Counted from the first letter of the stretch, positions 38,101 through 47,135 are shown. The stretch is 64,000 bases of DNA from Phycisphaerae bacterium (GCA_012719955.1 JAAXZI010000165.1:8611-72610); one strand, 5' to 3'. Notes: generated from the letters alone by a model not told the origin. Numbers and translations are program-made.

Positions 38101-39644
38101 ACCTGGAGATGGATCCTCTCACGCCGGAGGAGGCCGCCCGCGTGACCGTCAATGGCCGCGACGCCGGCGGGTTCATCGGCAGGCCGCTACGGCTGGAGAT
38201 CACTTCGCATCTCAAGCCGGGGGCCAACATCATCCGCATCGAGCCCTTCGCTCCGGCCGGCGCCCGGCTGGCCTTCTATCCGCGCGAAGATCTCTACACC
38301 GAGACCTACCGTCCGCAATTCCACTTCACGGCCCGGGAAAACTGGCTCAACGATCCCAACGGGCTGGTCTACTACAAGGGCGAGTATCACCTGTTCTTCC
38401 AGCATAATCCCACCGGCATCAACTGGGGTAACATGACCTGGGGCCATGCCGTCAGCACGGATCTGCTCCGCTGGAAGCAACTGCCCAACGCGATCGAACC
38501 GGACGACCGGGGCACCATCTTCTCCGGCTCGGCGGTGGTTGATTGGGAAAACACCAGCGGCTTCCGCAGTGGCGCGGAGAAGCCGCTGGTGGCCATCTAC
38601 ACGGCCGCGGGCGGAACATCCCCCGAGTCCAGGGGCCAACCCTTCACCCAATGCATCGCCTACAGCAATGACCGCGGGCGCACCTGGACAAAGTTTCCCG
38701 GTAACCCCGTGCTGGAGCATATTGTCAAGGAGAACCGCGACCCCAAGGTGATCTGGCACGAGCCGACCCGCAAGTGGATCATGGCCCTCTATAAAGATGG
38801 AGACGTCTTCGCCCTCTTCAATTCACCCGACCTGAAGACTTGGACGCACCTGCACGATCTCTCCATGCCCGGCTGCAACGAGTGCCCCGACTTCTTCGAG
38901 ATGCCGGTGGACAAGGATCGAATGCGGACCAAGTGGGTCTTCACGGCCGCCAACGGCCATTACCTGGTGGGCACCTTCGACGGGCTCAAGTTCACACCCG
39001 AGAGCGGCCCCCACCCGTCCGACTACGGCCGGAATTTCTACGCCGTGCAGACCTTCAGCGATATCCCCGGCTCCGACGGGCGGCGCATCCAGATCGCGTG
39101 GATGCGCGGCGGCCAGTATCCGGGTATGCCGTTCAACCAGCAAATGAGCATTCCCTGTGAATTGCAGCTTCGCACCTTCCCCGAGGGCCTCCGCCTGATC
39201 CGCCGACCGGTCAAGGAGCTGAAACGGCTGCGCGTCAAAGAGCATGTCCGGCCGGACCAGATGCTTGCCCCCGGCCAGAACCCGCTGGCCGGCCTCACCG
39301 GCGATCTGCTGGAAATCGTGGCTGAAATCGAGCCGCGCGAGGCCAGGGAAGTCGGATTCCGCATTCGCGGCGAGGCGGTCGCATACAAAGTGAAGGAGCA
39401 CAAGCTCACCTGCCTGGGCGCCGAGGCCCCCCTGGAGCCGAAGGATGGCCGGATTACGCTCCAGATTCTGGTGGACCGGACCAGCATTGAGGTCTTCGGC
39501 AACGATGGCCGGGTGTCGATGACTTCATGCTTCCTCCCGCCGGAGGACAACCGGGAACTGGAGCTGTACGCAATCGGCTCCGCGGCCCGAGTGGTTTCGC
39601 TGAAGGTATACGAGTTGGGATCTGTGTGGCAGGCGGCGAACTGA
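35181..39644 (+). CDS. secreted multidomain glycoside hydrolase: ~1040-aa N-terminal glycosidase-like region fused to a C-terminal GH32 beta-fructofuranosidase module
   Basis: Signal peptide. From ~38307 the GH32 motifs appear: WLNDPNG (nucleophile), FSGSAV, RDPKV and ECPDFF. The N-terminal region (ESRPHKDWL, WIFDEKWWPSG) resembles uncharacterised GH106-like glycosidases; this is a weak call from memory. Confidence 0.85.
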   Translation: MRTLCGRARITAILGLLFGLNSAAAGEAAFDTLEKQFRKLPPDARRLTGPLFWLHGDESKERLEEYVAKVAEGGNGCLTTESRPHKDWLGEGWFRDLAICLEAARKHNLQMWIFDEKWWPSGEVGGTVPAQYGSKRLSAEARDVEGPAAFTLDDCGGPNIVAVLAGKITGDGIDPDSLVDLAGSVRDGKLTWEAPAGKWKVMKFTWAAVPVGNRYLVDGASQEAVDWYLKTVYQPHYDRFKDDFGKHIVGFFYDEPETHGDWGTEVMKVLAERGVDFKQALVAFKFKLAGESQVAARYQYLDAFAEAWGRTMYGGITRWCRERNVKSIGHWLEHANVYVHPNLCAGNMFQLQKYSDMGGIDAVFDQFKIGQRVARDAPCWQTPKLGSSITHAYGKPDDITMVEIFGARGQDLTYPEMKWWTDHMHVSGVNFMIPHSFNPRAPRDTDCPPYFYNGGFEPRWPLYRVYADYTSRLSLLLTGGRHVCPVALLYPGHSVHVGKHILPDVMSEVLQDALYDCDWLPYDVFENDVRLGGKELKLREESYRVLILPAVEVIPYATLAKAKEFFDRGGVVLAYGILPEKSATLGKSSADIATLREALWGQAQPGTSVCKTSPAGGRSYFLPEKPIVEQIQAVLAADAGIRPTLEVLEGRTDNWLHVLHRVKAGRDVFFITNQNHTGEARKFRFRITAQGEPECWDAMRNEITAVPYQRQGDQVELTLTMEPSESLLLVFAPKKRPLPTRLEPGGAVPATTITLQREATPPPAEPELDADLRSVRGLESCSWVWYPEGNPAANAPAGKCYFRKRITIPADRRITSAAFTGTADNSFVLFVNGREAGRSDDSPEGWRRPVHLRIQELLQSGENQLAIMATNAAANMAANPAGLIGQLTVNFETGDPLTVRVDKTWKVSRDAAEQWMNAQFDDADWVAAGEFARFGDAPWGRLRPGITLSPVKADPFIGHCEIPASADLGGSRVYLEMDPLTPEEAARVTVNGRDAGGFIGRPLRLEITSHLKPGANIIRIEPFAPAGARLAFYPREDLYTETYRPQFHFTARENWLNDPNGLVYYKGEYHLFFQHNPTGINWGNMTWGHAVSTDLLRWKQLPNAIEPDDRGTIFSGSAVVDWENTSGFRSGAEKPLVAIYTAAGGTSPESRGQPFTQCIAYSNDRGRTWTKFPGNPVLEHIVKENRDPKVIWHEPTRKWIMALYKDGDVFALFNSPDLKTWTHLHDLSMPGCNECPDFFEMPVDKDRMRTKWVFTAANGHYLVGTFDGLKFTPESGPHPSDYGRNFYAVQTFSDIPGSDGRRIQIAWMRGGQYPGMPFNQQMSIPCELQLRTFPEGLRLIRRPVKELKRLRVKEHVRPDQMLAPGQNPLAGLTGDLLEIVAEIEPREAREVGFRIRGEAVAYKVKEHKLTCLGAEAPLEPKDGRITLQILVDRTSIEVFGNDGRVSMTSCFLPPEDNRELELYAIGSAARVVSLKVYELGSVWQAAN

Positions 39645-39670
39645 TGGAGGTAATGGCGGCGGTTCCGGAG

Positions 39671-39689
39671 GGCGGGCATCCTGCCCGCC
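39671..39689. repeat. REP-C copy (GGCGGGCATCCTGCCCGCC)
   Basis: Palindrome located 27 nt after the glycosidase stop. The extended match TCCGG.GGGCGGGC.TCCTGCCCGCCTGA is shared with 9125-9153. Confidence 0.75.
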
Positions 39690-39882
39690 TGACCCGCCGA
39701 GAAGCTCGGTGTACTTGTGACGGCACCAGCGACGGGAGGTCAGGAACCAAGGGCAGGAAAGAGGGGATAGCAGTTGGAGAAAGAGGAGGAATCTGTCAGA
39801 TTCAGTCGTGAGTTCAGCACCACGAGGCGATTCCGGTTTTTGACAACGAATTCCGGCAGGTGCAGCAGCGGGGTTTGACAGG

Positions 39883-40767
39883 TCAAGTGGACAGCCGTCT
39901 GGCCATTTCGGAAACGACTTGGAAGGCGCGATCCAAGTCAAACGCTTCGAAGTCCACCTGGCGCAGCACAGGTTTCAGCCGAGCGTCCAATTGCCCGCGC
40001 AACTGCGCCAACCGATCCGGCCCCAGGTTGACCGCATCGTTGCCGGGCACCGCCAGCTTATCCCTGATCAGCCCGATCAGTTCCGCGTCCTGCGGCCGAA
40101 TCCCTAACTTCCTGGCGGCATAATCGATATCGTAGAAGTCGCGGATCGCAACTTCGCGGCGCGTCAGCGCCGCCCGGTACTTCTCTGCGAATGCTTCCAT
40201 CCTGGCCATACATGGAACCGCAATCGGAGCAACCATGCGCTGGCCGGACACCGGGTCCAACAACATCGTCTGCATAGGCGCTTCGACTGCGGGCGCCAGG
40301 AGCGGCTCACGGAGGCTGATTTCGACGGCAATCGCTTCGTCCTGTCGGGTAATCAGGGAGGAGTAGCTGACCGTACAGATGTATTGCGCTGAGTCGTTGG
40401 CACCGAGTAATGGCCCCGTCACCTGAAAGCATGGGCAAGTTCCGGCCAGCCTGGCAATGGCGTTCTTCAGGGCCGCCACTTTCCTGCTTCGTTGCGATCT
40501 TGACGCCGTCACCGGCATGGGGAGGGAGAAGTCTAAATCCTCGCTGAGCCGGTAGAATTCGCCGTGCACTTTGGCCAGGCACGTGCCACCCTTGAATACC
40601 GGCTGTGGGTCGCTCGAGGCGAGATACGCCAGGAGCACTGTGCAGAAGTAGTCTTTCTCAATTAATCTCGCGGCAAAGGAGGTCTGGGCCGCTGTGAAAC
40701 TCAGCGCTTCCCGGAAGAGGTCGGGGTCTTCATGCACGCGGACGGCAGGTTGTTCAGTATCAGGCAT
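39883..40767 (-). CDS. abiEii: AbiEii/AbiGii-family nucleotidyltransferase toxin (type IV TA)
   Basis: FKGGTCLAKVHGEFYRLSEDLDF matches the DUF1814 nucleotidyltransferase signature. 8-nt overlap with the upstream antitoxin gene. Confidence 0.85.
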   Translation of the reverse strand: MPDTEQPAVRVHEDPDLFREALSFTAAQTSFAARLIEKDYFCTVLLAYLASSDPQPVFKGGTCLAKVHGEFYRLSEDLDFSLPMPVTASRSQRSRKVAALKNAIARLAGTCPCFQVTGPLLGANDSAQYICTVSYSSLITRQDEAIAVEISLREPLLAPAVEAPMQTMLLDPVSGQRMVAPIAVPCMARMEAFAEKYRAALTRREVAIRDFYDIDYAARKLGIRPQDAELIGLIRDKLAVPGNDAVNLGPDRLAQLRGQLDARLKPVLRQVDFEAFDLDRAFQVVSEMARRLST

Positions 40768-41560
40768 TGAGCACGACCCCCCACCGCTGGTCTGCCCTGC
40801 CCCGCTTCGGCCGGGTAGGAACCCACTGGATTAGACTCTTGGACGGCTTCAGGGCCCGCTGCAGTCTGGTCAGCAGATAGCCAGGTACGCCCTCGCGTTC
40901 CAGGAGGGCACCGATTCGTCGTATGGTCCCCTGGTTACCATAGCGGATCGTCACGCTGACCAGTTCGGCCGGGTCAACACGGCCAGCGGCAAGCTCCTGG
41001 CGGATCCACTCGTAGGCGCGCGGCAGGCTGTCAAATCGCGACCAGTCATAGACCGCATCAACGAGCGTGCGCACACGCGATGAGTACACCGCCGTCAACC
41101 CCTCCTGCGTCTGGAACTCCTCGGTGCTGCCGAGCCGTTTGTCGCCTACCTTAATCAGCGTCAGCTCCACCGCGCCAATCTTGCGATCACCCGACAACCG
41201 GTTGTTGTAAGCGTAGACCCGCGTCGGAACCTGATTATCAAAGCCGTAGCGATTGAACGCATTCGGTCCGCAGATCTGGTAACTGCCTTGCCGGTCCTGT
41301 ATCAACGTGTTGAGGGCGAGGATTTCGTCCGGGCTCCAGCTTCCCCCCAATGGCAGCCGCGGGGGTAGCAGGTACAAGCCGCGTCGTACGCGCGCGACCA
41401 TCCCCGCACGGGTCAGCCGGCTCAAGAGCTTGAGCTCCTGTCGCGCCGAGAGTCGTAGCGGTTCAGCCAACTCACCGAGGCGCACCGTCTGCAGGCGGCG
41501 CATCTGGGCATACGCGAGCAACCGCGTCTCAAGTGGCCCCAGCCTGGTCTTCATGGGCAT
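40760..41560 (-). CDS. abiEi: AbiEi-family antitoxin / transcriptional regulator
   Basis: N-terminal winged-helix pattern ...LSARQELKLLSRLTRAGMVARVRRGLYLLPP, typical of the AbiEi_4 N-domain. Genetically coupled to abiEii. Confidence 0.8.
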   Translation of the reverse strand: MPMKTRLGPLETRLLAYAQMRRLQTVRLGELAEPLRLSARQELKLLSRLTRAGMVARVRRGLYLLPPRLPLGGSWSPDEILALNTLIQDRQGSYQICGPNAFNRYGFDNQVPTRVYAYNNRLSGDRKIGAVELTLIKVGDKRLGSTEEFQTQEGLTAVYSSRVRTLVDAVYDWSRFDSLPRAYEWIRQELAAGRVDPAELVSVTIRYGNQGTIRRIGALLEREGVPGYLLTRLQRALKPSKSLIQWVPTRPKRGRADQRWGVVLNA

Positions 41561-41575
41561 ATCTTATTTTTCGTA

Positions 41576-41594
41576 AATACCATGTCAAGGTATT
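41576..41594 (-). promoter_or_regulatory. inverted repeat AATACC-N7-GGTATT with an embedded TTGACA, immediately upstream of abiEi (candidate autoregulatory operator/promoter)
   Basis: The minus strand reads AATACCTTGACATGGTATT, then 16 nt, then TAAGAT directly abutting the annotated ATG. Confidence 0.4.
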
Positions 41595-41991
41595 AACCAG
41601 AAATAGAATACAGACTCCGACCGGAGTTTGGCACCATCGGCGTACAGGGCTCGCCCAGATTGCCATCACGCGCAATATCCTGGAAACCAAGGGGTTAGAA
41701 AATCAAGGAGAGGCGTCTGTTGGCCGCGGAAAGCCATAGATGGGAACGTCAGGCATCACAATGCGATTCACACGGGGCCAAGCGGCGGGTATCGAAATAA
41801 TAAGTGGCTGTCCCGGTGGTCAGGGCACCGGCTGAAGCTTCATCCCCTTGTGATGGTACCCGTGAGGACCGAATCGATCAGCCGCCCATAGCCGTATGAG
41901 CTGAGCAGATCGCGCCGCGACTTCGCCCACCCCTTGCGGCATCCGTCACGCCGGCCACTCCATCCATGATCTATCCTCTCTTCAGCCTGGT

Positions 41992-44226
41992 TTATTTCGC
42001 CGCAGGCTGCGTGGCCGGGGGCCAGGGGCCGCCTTTGTTCACCGCCATCAGTTGCTGGACGGCCGGGAGGTGGACGGCGATTTTCGAGTTGGCGGTCAGG
42101 TCCCACAGCGTCGTGTTCAGGGCCCGCAGGCCCATGGTGGCGGCGCCCCAGGCCTGGCCCCAGCCGGCTTCCAGGCTCCAGGCGCCCCAGCCGGCGTCGC
42201 CGGAGCTGGCCCAGTACTCCCAGCGCTTCACGTCGAAGGCGCGGAACCAGCCGCCGTTAAGGGCCGGCTGGTCATCGGCGCGGATCTGGATGCGGCACAA
42301 GTACGCGGCCAGCTTGTCCTCCGCGGCCTTAAGCTCAGGATCGTTCAACACGGCCGCCGCCTCGCGCAGGACCAGCAGCGAAAAGCCGGTGACGTAGAGC
42401 TGGTCGCTGGCTCGGTCGGTGTTGTCCTGGATGATGGGCATCTCGCGCGTGCCGTACTCCTCATTGCTGGTGGGCGGGAGGAAGTGGGCCTGGCCGGTGG
42501 TGCCGATCACTTCCGTGATCGCCCCCGTGTCAGGGTCCTGACAGGCCAGCAGATCGCCGCACATGCGTTTAAGCCAGCCGCGGTGCTCCGGGGTGTCCTC
42601 GACGCGCACCAGCCACGCCAGGCAGTGGATCATCCGCACCCGTTCGAGGTTGTTGCGCCAGAGCCAGCGGTCGGGATAGGCCTCCATGGTTTTGCGGATG
42701 GCGATTTTGCTCTTTTCCAGGAACGGGGCGTACCGCGTGTGCCGGTAGGCCCACAGGTAGCAGGTCCACATGGACGCCTCGTAATGGGGGGAGAAAAAGA
42801 CCGTCCCGGCCTCCTGGAAATGCTTCCAGCCGTGTTGCTCAAGCGGCCGGATGTCAATCCGCTCACCCCGGAACCCGAACTTGCCGGTGGTGCGCAGGTT
42901 GGCCAACAGGGCCCGCAGCATGGGTTCGTCCCAGCGGTCCGACTCAAGACAGGCGGCGGCCAAAATGGTGGCCTGGATCACACGGCCGTTGTCGTCGCCG
43001 TAGTTGGCGATCCACCAGGCCGGCGCGACCACGCCCCAGGCCACGTGCCCGAACGCGGGATGCTCGGGGTTGCCGCGCGGCCCGCGCATGGCGTCGGAGG
43101 TGAAGCAGACGTAGTCGAGCAGGTTCTCGGCAATCCTGCGGCTCTGTTCGTTGTGATTCACCACCCAGTCGAGGGCCATGCACGCGGCGGTCTCGGCGTG
43201 GCAGTCGGAGCGAAGCGCCCGAATCTGCCGCTGGCTGCCGTCGTGGGCGATGGCGGAATCAAAACCCTCCAGCAGACCATGCCGGCCATTTCCCACCGGC
43301 CCGCCGAGGGCTGGCCCAAACGACTGGCCAGCGCGCATCAGCTTGTGCAGTTCCGCCTCTTTGGAGGCATGAACGAGGAGCCCGGCGTCCACGACCCAGC
43401 GGGTCAGGGCTGCGAGGCTGCGTTTTTCGGCATCCGGGGGGAGCGGTTCGTCCGGGCCGTAGGCCGGGCGCACGGTGGGCATGACCTTGAGCTTGACGGG
43501 CGCACCGCCGGTCAGCCGGCCGAGCATCCGTTCCCAGAAGACCTGCCAGTCTTTCGTCGGCGCATAGCGGCCGGTGACGAAGCTGCTGAGCCGGGTAGTG
43601 GCAATTACCAGGCGCCGATCAGGGATCTCGAAGAGAATGGGATAGTGTTCCTTGGGTAGGCCGAACACTGCCCGATCAAACCCGGCCACCCGCCCCACCA
43701 CCAGGAGCGGATCGGCCGCTTCCGTGGGCGTGAAATGGCAGCCGTGCACCATCAGGATCCGCAGGCGCGGCAGCGCGGGGTCGAAAGCGTCGGTCGAGAC
43801 CACCACGCGCTCCCACTGGGTCTTGCGCGGCGGATCGATACGGAGGCCGGGAACATTGGCCGGATATTCGATATAAAGCTGAATGCCGGCCTTGGCTGCC
43901 TGTTCAAAGAGATCGGCGTCGATCCCGGTCGGCGTCAGCGGATACCCCTCGGCCAGGATCAAGACCGCGGCGCCCGCGGGGGCCTCTTTGACGGCCATAC
44001 CGGGCGTATCGTAGCGCGGACAGGTAACCCCGGAGGCCGCCAGCGCGCGGTACAGGTCATTGTTCGCACCACAGGCAAAGACCAGATCGGTTCTGACCGT
44101 CTCCGCTCGACAGGAAGCGGGCCCCGTGGCCTTCCAGGGCTCAGGCGTCAACAGGGTTACAACAGCTACGCAGACCGGTGCATGCCAGGTTCGAAAGTGG
44201 TATCTCATACCCGGCCATCGCACCAC
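41992..44226 (-). CDS. hypothetical protein, possibly an (alpha/alpha)-toroid glycosidase-like fold
   Basis: 744-aa ORF with GC-rich third positions and an N-terminal hydrophobic segment. Trp-rich helical C-terminal half. No catalytic motif recognised. Start is GTG 44226/44223 or ATG 44208. Confidence 0.7.
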   Translation of the reverse strand: MVRWPGMRYHFRTWHAPVCVAVVTLLTPEPWKATGPASCRAETVRTDLVFACGANNDLYRALAASGVTCPRYDTPGMAVKEAPAGAAVLILAEGYPLTPTGIDADLFEQAAKAGIQLYIEYPANVPGLRIDPPRKTQWERVVVSTDAFDPALPRLRILMVHGCHFTPTEAADPLLVVGRVAGFDRAVFGLPKEHYPILFEIPDRRLVIATTRLSSFVTGRYAPTKDWQVFWERMLGRLTGGAPVKLKVMPTVRPAYGPDEPLPPDAEKRSLAALTRWVVDAGLLVHASKEAELHKLMRAGQSFGPALGGPVGNGRHGLLEGFDSAIAHDGSQRQIRALRSDCHAETAACMALDWVVNHNEQSRRIAENLLDYVCFTSDAMRGPRGNPEHPAFGHVAWGVVAPAWWIANYGDDNGRVIQATILAAACLESDRWDEPMLRALLANLRTTGKFGFRGERIDIRPLEQHGWKHFQEAGTVFFSPHYEASMWTCYLWAYRHTRYAPFLEKSKIAIRKTMEAYPDRWLWRNNLERVRMIHCLAWLVRVEDTPEHRGWLKRMCGDLLACQDPDTGAITEVIGTTGQAHFLPPTSNEEYGTREMPIIQDNTDRASDQLYVTGFSLLVLREAAAVLNDPELKAAEDKLAAYLCRIQIRADDQPALNGGWFRAFDVKRWEYWASSGDAGWGAWSLEAGWGQAWGAATMGLRALNTTLWDLTANSKIAVHLPAVQQLMAVNKGGPWPPATQPAAK

Positions 44227-44276
44227 AACTCCGGATGAAAGTCAACGCGCAGGGGCGGCTTCAGGGGCCCCGTCGA

Positions 44277-46883
44277 TCAAGGCAGCCGGCCCAATCGCTT
44301 TTCGCTGCCCAGCGGCACAACCGTCCAGGTGAGCACCGCTCCGCCGGCCGGGGCGGCCTGAAGTTGGGCCGTGGTCCAGGTCAACCCGTCGGAGTCCGAC
44401 CCGAACACGCCGGCGCCTTGATACCAGAGCCCCCGCCGCTGGTCATCCAGCAGTCCATGCACCACCAGGCCGACGTCGCCCTGGTCAGCCAGTTGCAGCA
44501 TGGTGGCCATCGTCTGAAGCGCATCGGGATCGGCCGTGCGGGAAGCATCCACAGTTATCTGCCAGCCCACCCCGGCATGTGTGTCGACGCCCAGCGACTT
44601 CATGAACGCGATCACGTCCTGCACGCGCTGGGCGCCCTCCGCGCCCGGCCCGAAATCGAACACGTCCGCCCCGAAGAACTCTTCGAGCGTCGCAATGGCC
44701 CCGTCGTGCGAGAAGCCGTAGCCGTGACGGTTCTCGAACGATGACCGGTCAAAGCCGATCTTCTCGTACATGTGTCGCAACTGGGGCACCTTCATCGACT
44801 GCGGAAGGGTCAGGTTGATGGCCGAGGTGATTCGCCGGTTGGTTCCGGTAGGAAGCTGGTGGCAGCGGTTGCAGGTCAGGATGGGGCCGATCTCCTCCAG
44901 TCGTTCGCGCAGAAATTCCGGCAGGCCGTGGAGGTTCTGGGGGCTGGTGCGGTCGATGGGTTCGTGCAGAAAGATGAACTCGCCGTGTTGGGGATTCCCT
45001 CCATCCAGTTCTGACTTGAGGGAGTTGTCACGGTTCCGGTTGGGATTGGGAGGAAAGCTGATACTGGCCAGGAATCCTTCCAAGGCAGCCATCTCCTCGG
45101 GGGTCAGCTCGCTCGCACGCCCGTTGAGACCTACGAACGCGTGGTTGAACGCGGACAGGTTCACGCGGTCGCCGCGCCAGTGGAACGGCTCGGTTCCGAT
45201 GATACCCTGGAGCGTCTGGGTCATCATCGGCCCCTTTATGGGATGGAAATCCTCGCAGGGCGCCGAGGCAACCTTCCCGTTGCCCAGATCATCGCAGACC
45301 TGGTCGAAAGGTTTGACCAGGCCGTCAGGGATCCCTAAGTCCCAGGCGAGTTGATCCGTGCGCCCGTCCACGTGGCAGGCCGCACAGGCGGTCACTCCCA
45401 GCCCGCTGGTCAACCGGGCGTCATAAAGGAACGGCCGGCCCCGGCGAATGGCTTCCGGCGTGGGATCATACAACCTGAGCTGCTGGCGCAGGGTGAGCGT
45501 CTCAACCTCGTAAGACGAGATGCTCGCGTCGAACCGGTTCAGCACGTACAGCCGGCCATGCGTCTCATCCAGGGCCAGCCCCGTAGGCCCCTGGCTGACA
45601 TCGAAAGTCGCCACGCGGACGCCGTCGGGGGTGATGACCGCGACGTTGTTGCTGCCCATGCCGGCAATGTAGCCGCGCTGGCCGTCGGCGGACCATACGA
45701 TGGCCCGAGGGTCGGCGATGGAGAGGGCCCGCTGCGCCGGCGATATGGTGCTCTGTCCGGAGGCATAGGCATCCAGCAGGTGAGGATTGAGTTCCAGGAT
45801 TTGCGGCGCGTCCGGCGCGGCCGGCGAGACCAAGGCCAACCGGCCACGGACAAAGTGTCCGGTCAGCCGGGGCTCGAACCGGACCGCGTTGAACGCCTCG
45901 GTACCCACCACCGTAAGGGTACCGTCGGGGTGGACGGCCAGGCTCATATTGAGGTTCATCAGGTCCCGGATGTAATCGACGGTCAGCGTCCGGGTATCAA
46001 TGATCGCCACGTCATGCCCGTGCAGGCCCCAGCTCACGAACGCGCTCCAATTCGCGCCCTGCTCATCCAGCCAGCGGCCGGTGGCCGGATCGCGCTGCAC
46101 GATCAGCGCCGCAGGCGGAGCGGGCGACGCATTGGTTGGTGGGGACGGGCTGATGCCGGCAGGGGTATTGGGCGGCGGGTTGGTCCCGCCGTAGGGACCG
46201 GTTGGATCGGACACGGCATCGTGAGCGAGCACCGTCGTGCCATTGCCCGAATCAAAAATAGCCACATATAGCTTCCCACCGTCCGGGCTCAGCGCTGCGG
46301 CCCGCGGATGCAAGCCATCGATGGTCAACGTCTGAGGCGGCGCGGCCAGATCATGCAGGTTGAAGACATCCACACGGCTGCCCTGGCGACACACCACGAA
46401 GGCGCGATCCTGGGCGAACGCGATGTCGGTGGGCTCGGCCCCGGTCTCGAGCGTCCGGGTCACGAGGCCGCGTTCAACGTCCACCACGCTGACCGAGGCG
46501 GAGACGAAGTTGGCGACCCAGGCTTCGTCCCGGCTCCGCGCTCGCACCGTCACCGGATCCAGGCCCACGGGAATGGTCCGGACATGGCTGATTCCGCCCT
46601 CATCGACATCAAATACTTCCAGGCGCGCCGCCGGCGTGTTCACCGCGAGCAACCGGCCTCCGTCCGGCGTCAGGGCCAGCGGCGAGACGTGAGGCGATTC
46701 CCAATTGACGAAACTCCGGGCCGTGTAGACGGGTGGGCCGGGGTCCGTGCCGAACTGGTCGATGCCGGCCAGGTTGCTCTGAATGATCGCATCCAGAACC
46801 CCCCCGCACGCCGGGATGAACAACAGGGCGGAGAACAGGAGCCATGGCCTCTCCAGGCCCCAAAAGTATCGCCTGGCTGGCAT
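44277..46883 (-). CDS. beta-propeller (YVTN-like) domain fused to a di-haem cytochrome c peroxidase/MauG-family domain
   Basis: Two CxxCH motifs (CAACH, CNRCH) with PFHWRGD and FSHDGAIATLEEFF blocks typical of bacterial CCPs. The N-terminal half has repeated PxGxA.SPDG..LYV units. ATG at 46883 is preceded by GGAAGGAG. Confidence 0.8.
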   Translation of the reverse strand: MPARRYFWGLERPWLLFSALLFIPACGGVLDAIIQSNLAGIDQFGTDPGPPVYTARSFVNWESPHVSPLALTPDGGRLLAVNTPAARLEVFDVDEGGISHVRTIPVGLDPVTVRARSRDEAWVANFVSASVSVVDVERGLVTRTLETGAEPTDIAFAQDRAFVVCRQGSRVDVFNLHDLAAPPQTLTIDGLHPRAAALSPDGGKLYVAIFDSGNGTTVLAHDAVSDPTGPYGGTNPPPNTPAGISPSPPTNASPAPPAALIVQRDPATGRWLDEQGANWSAFVSWGLHGHDVAIIDTRTLTVDYIRDLMNLNMSLAVHPDGTLTVVGTEAFNAVRFEPRLTGHFVRGRLALVSPAAPDAPQILELNPHLLDAYASGQSTISPAQRALSIADPRAIVWSADGQRGYIAGMGSNNVAVITPDGVRVATFDVSQGPTGLALDETHGRLYVLNRFDASISSYEVETLTLRQQLRLYDPTPEAIRRGRPFLYDARLTSGLGVTACAACHVDGRTDQLAWDLGIPDGLVKPFDQVCDDLGNGKVASAPCEDFHPIKGPMMTQTLQGIIGTEPFHWRGDRVNLSAFNHAFVGLNGRASELTPEEMAALEGFLASISFPPNPNRNRDNSLKSELDGGNPQHGEFIFLHEPIDRTSPQNLHGLPEFLRERLEEIGPILTCNRCHQLPTGTNRRITSAINLTLPQSMKVPQLRHMYEKIGFDRSSFENRHGYGFSHDGAIATLEEFFGADVFDFGPGAEGAQRVQDVIAFMKSLGVDTHAGVGWQITVDASRTADPDALQTMATMLQLADQGDVGLVVHGLLDDQRRGLWYQGAGVFGSDSDGLTWTTAQLQAAPAGGAVLTWTVVPLGSEKRLGRLP

Positions 46884-47106
46884 GAGAGAATTCTCCTTCC
46901 GGCCGGCCGGCCGGCTTGAATACCTCATCTGATCGGAGGACGAACGGATGACTTTCGACAACCCCTATGCGCAATAGTATTCCGCCCACTGCTGCGGCAT
47001 CGGAGGTTTTTACACGGATTGCAACCTCAATTCACAACGGAATGGCTGCGTTCTGGACAGATCCATGGATTTTTATCCGATGAGGCGGGGCGGAAGAGCT
47101 CCGCGG

Positions 47107-47135
47107 TTGACGCCCGCGCGACCCCGTCGATAATA
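47107..47135 (+). promoter_or_regulatory. candidate sigma70-type promoter (TTGACG - 17 nt - ATAATA)
   Basis: Hexamers at 47107-47112 and 47130-47135, 108 nt upstream of the 47243 ATG. Confidence 0.4.

Noticed and set aside
39645-41991. The AbiE module as a recently acquired genomic island
   Set aside because: No integrase, tRNA, flanking direct repeats or compositional shift was seen; a hand count of 60 nt within abiEii gave ~65 % GC. Only the promoter-proximal non-coding part is AT-rich.
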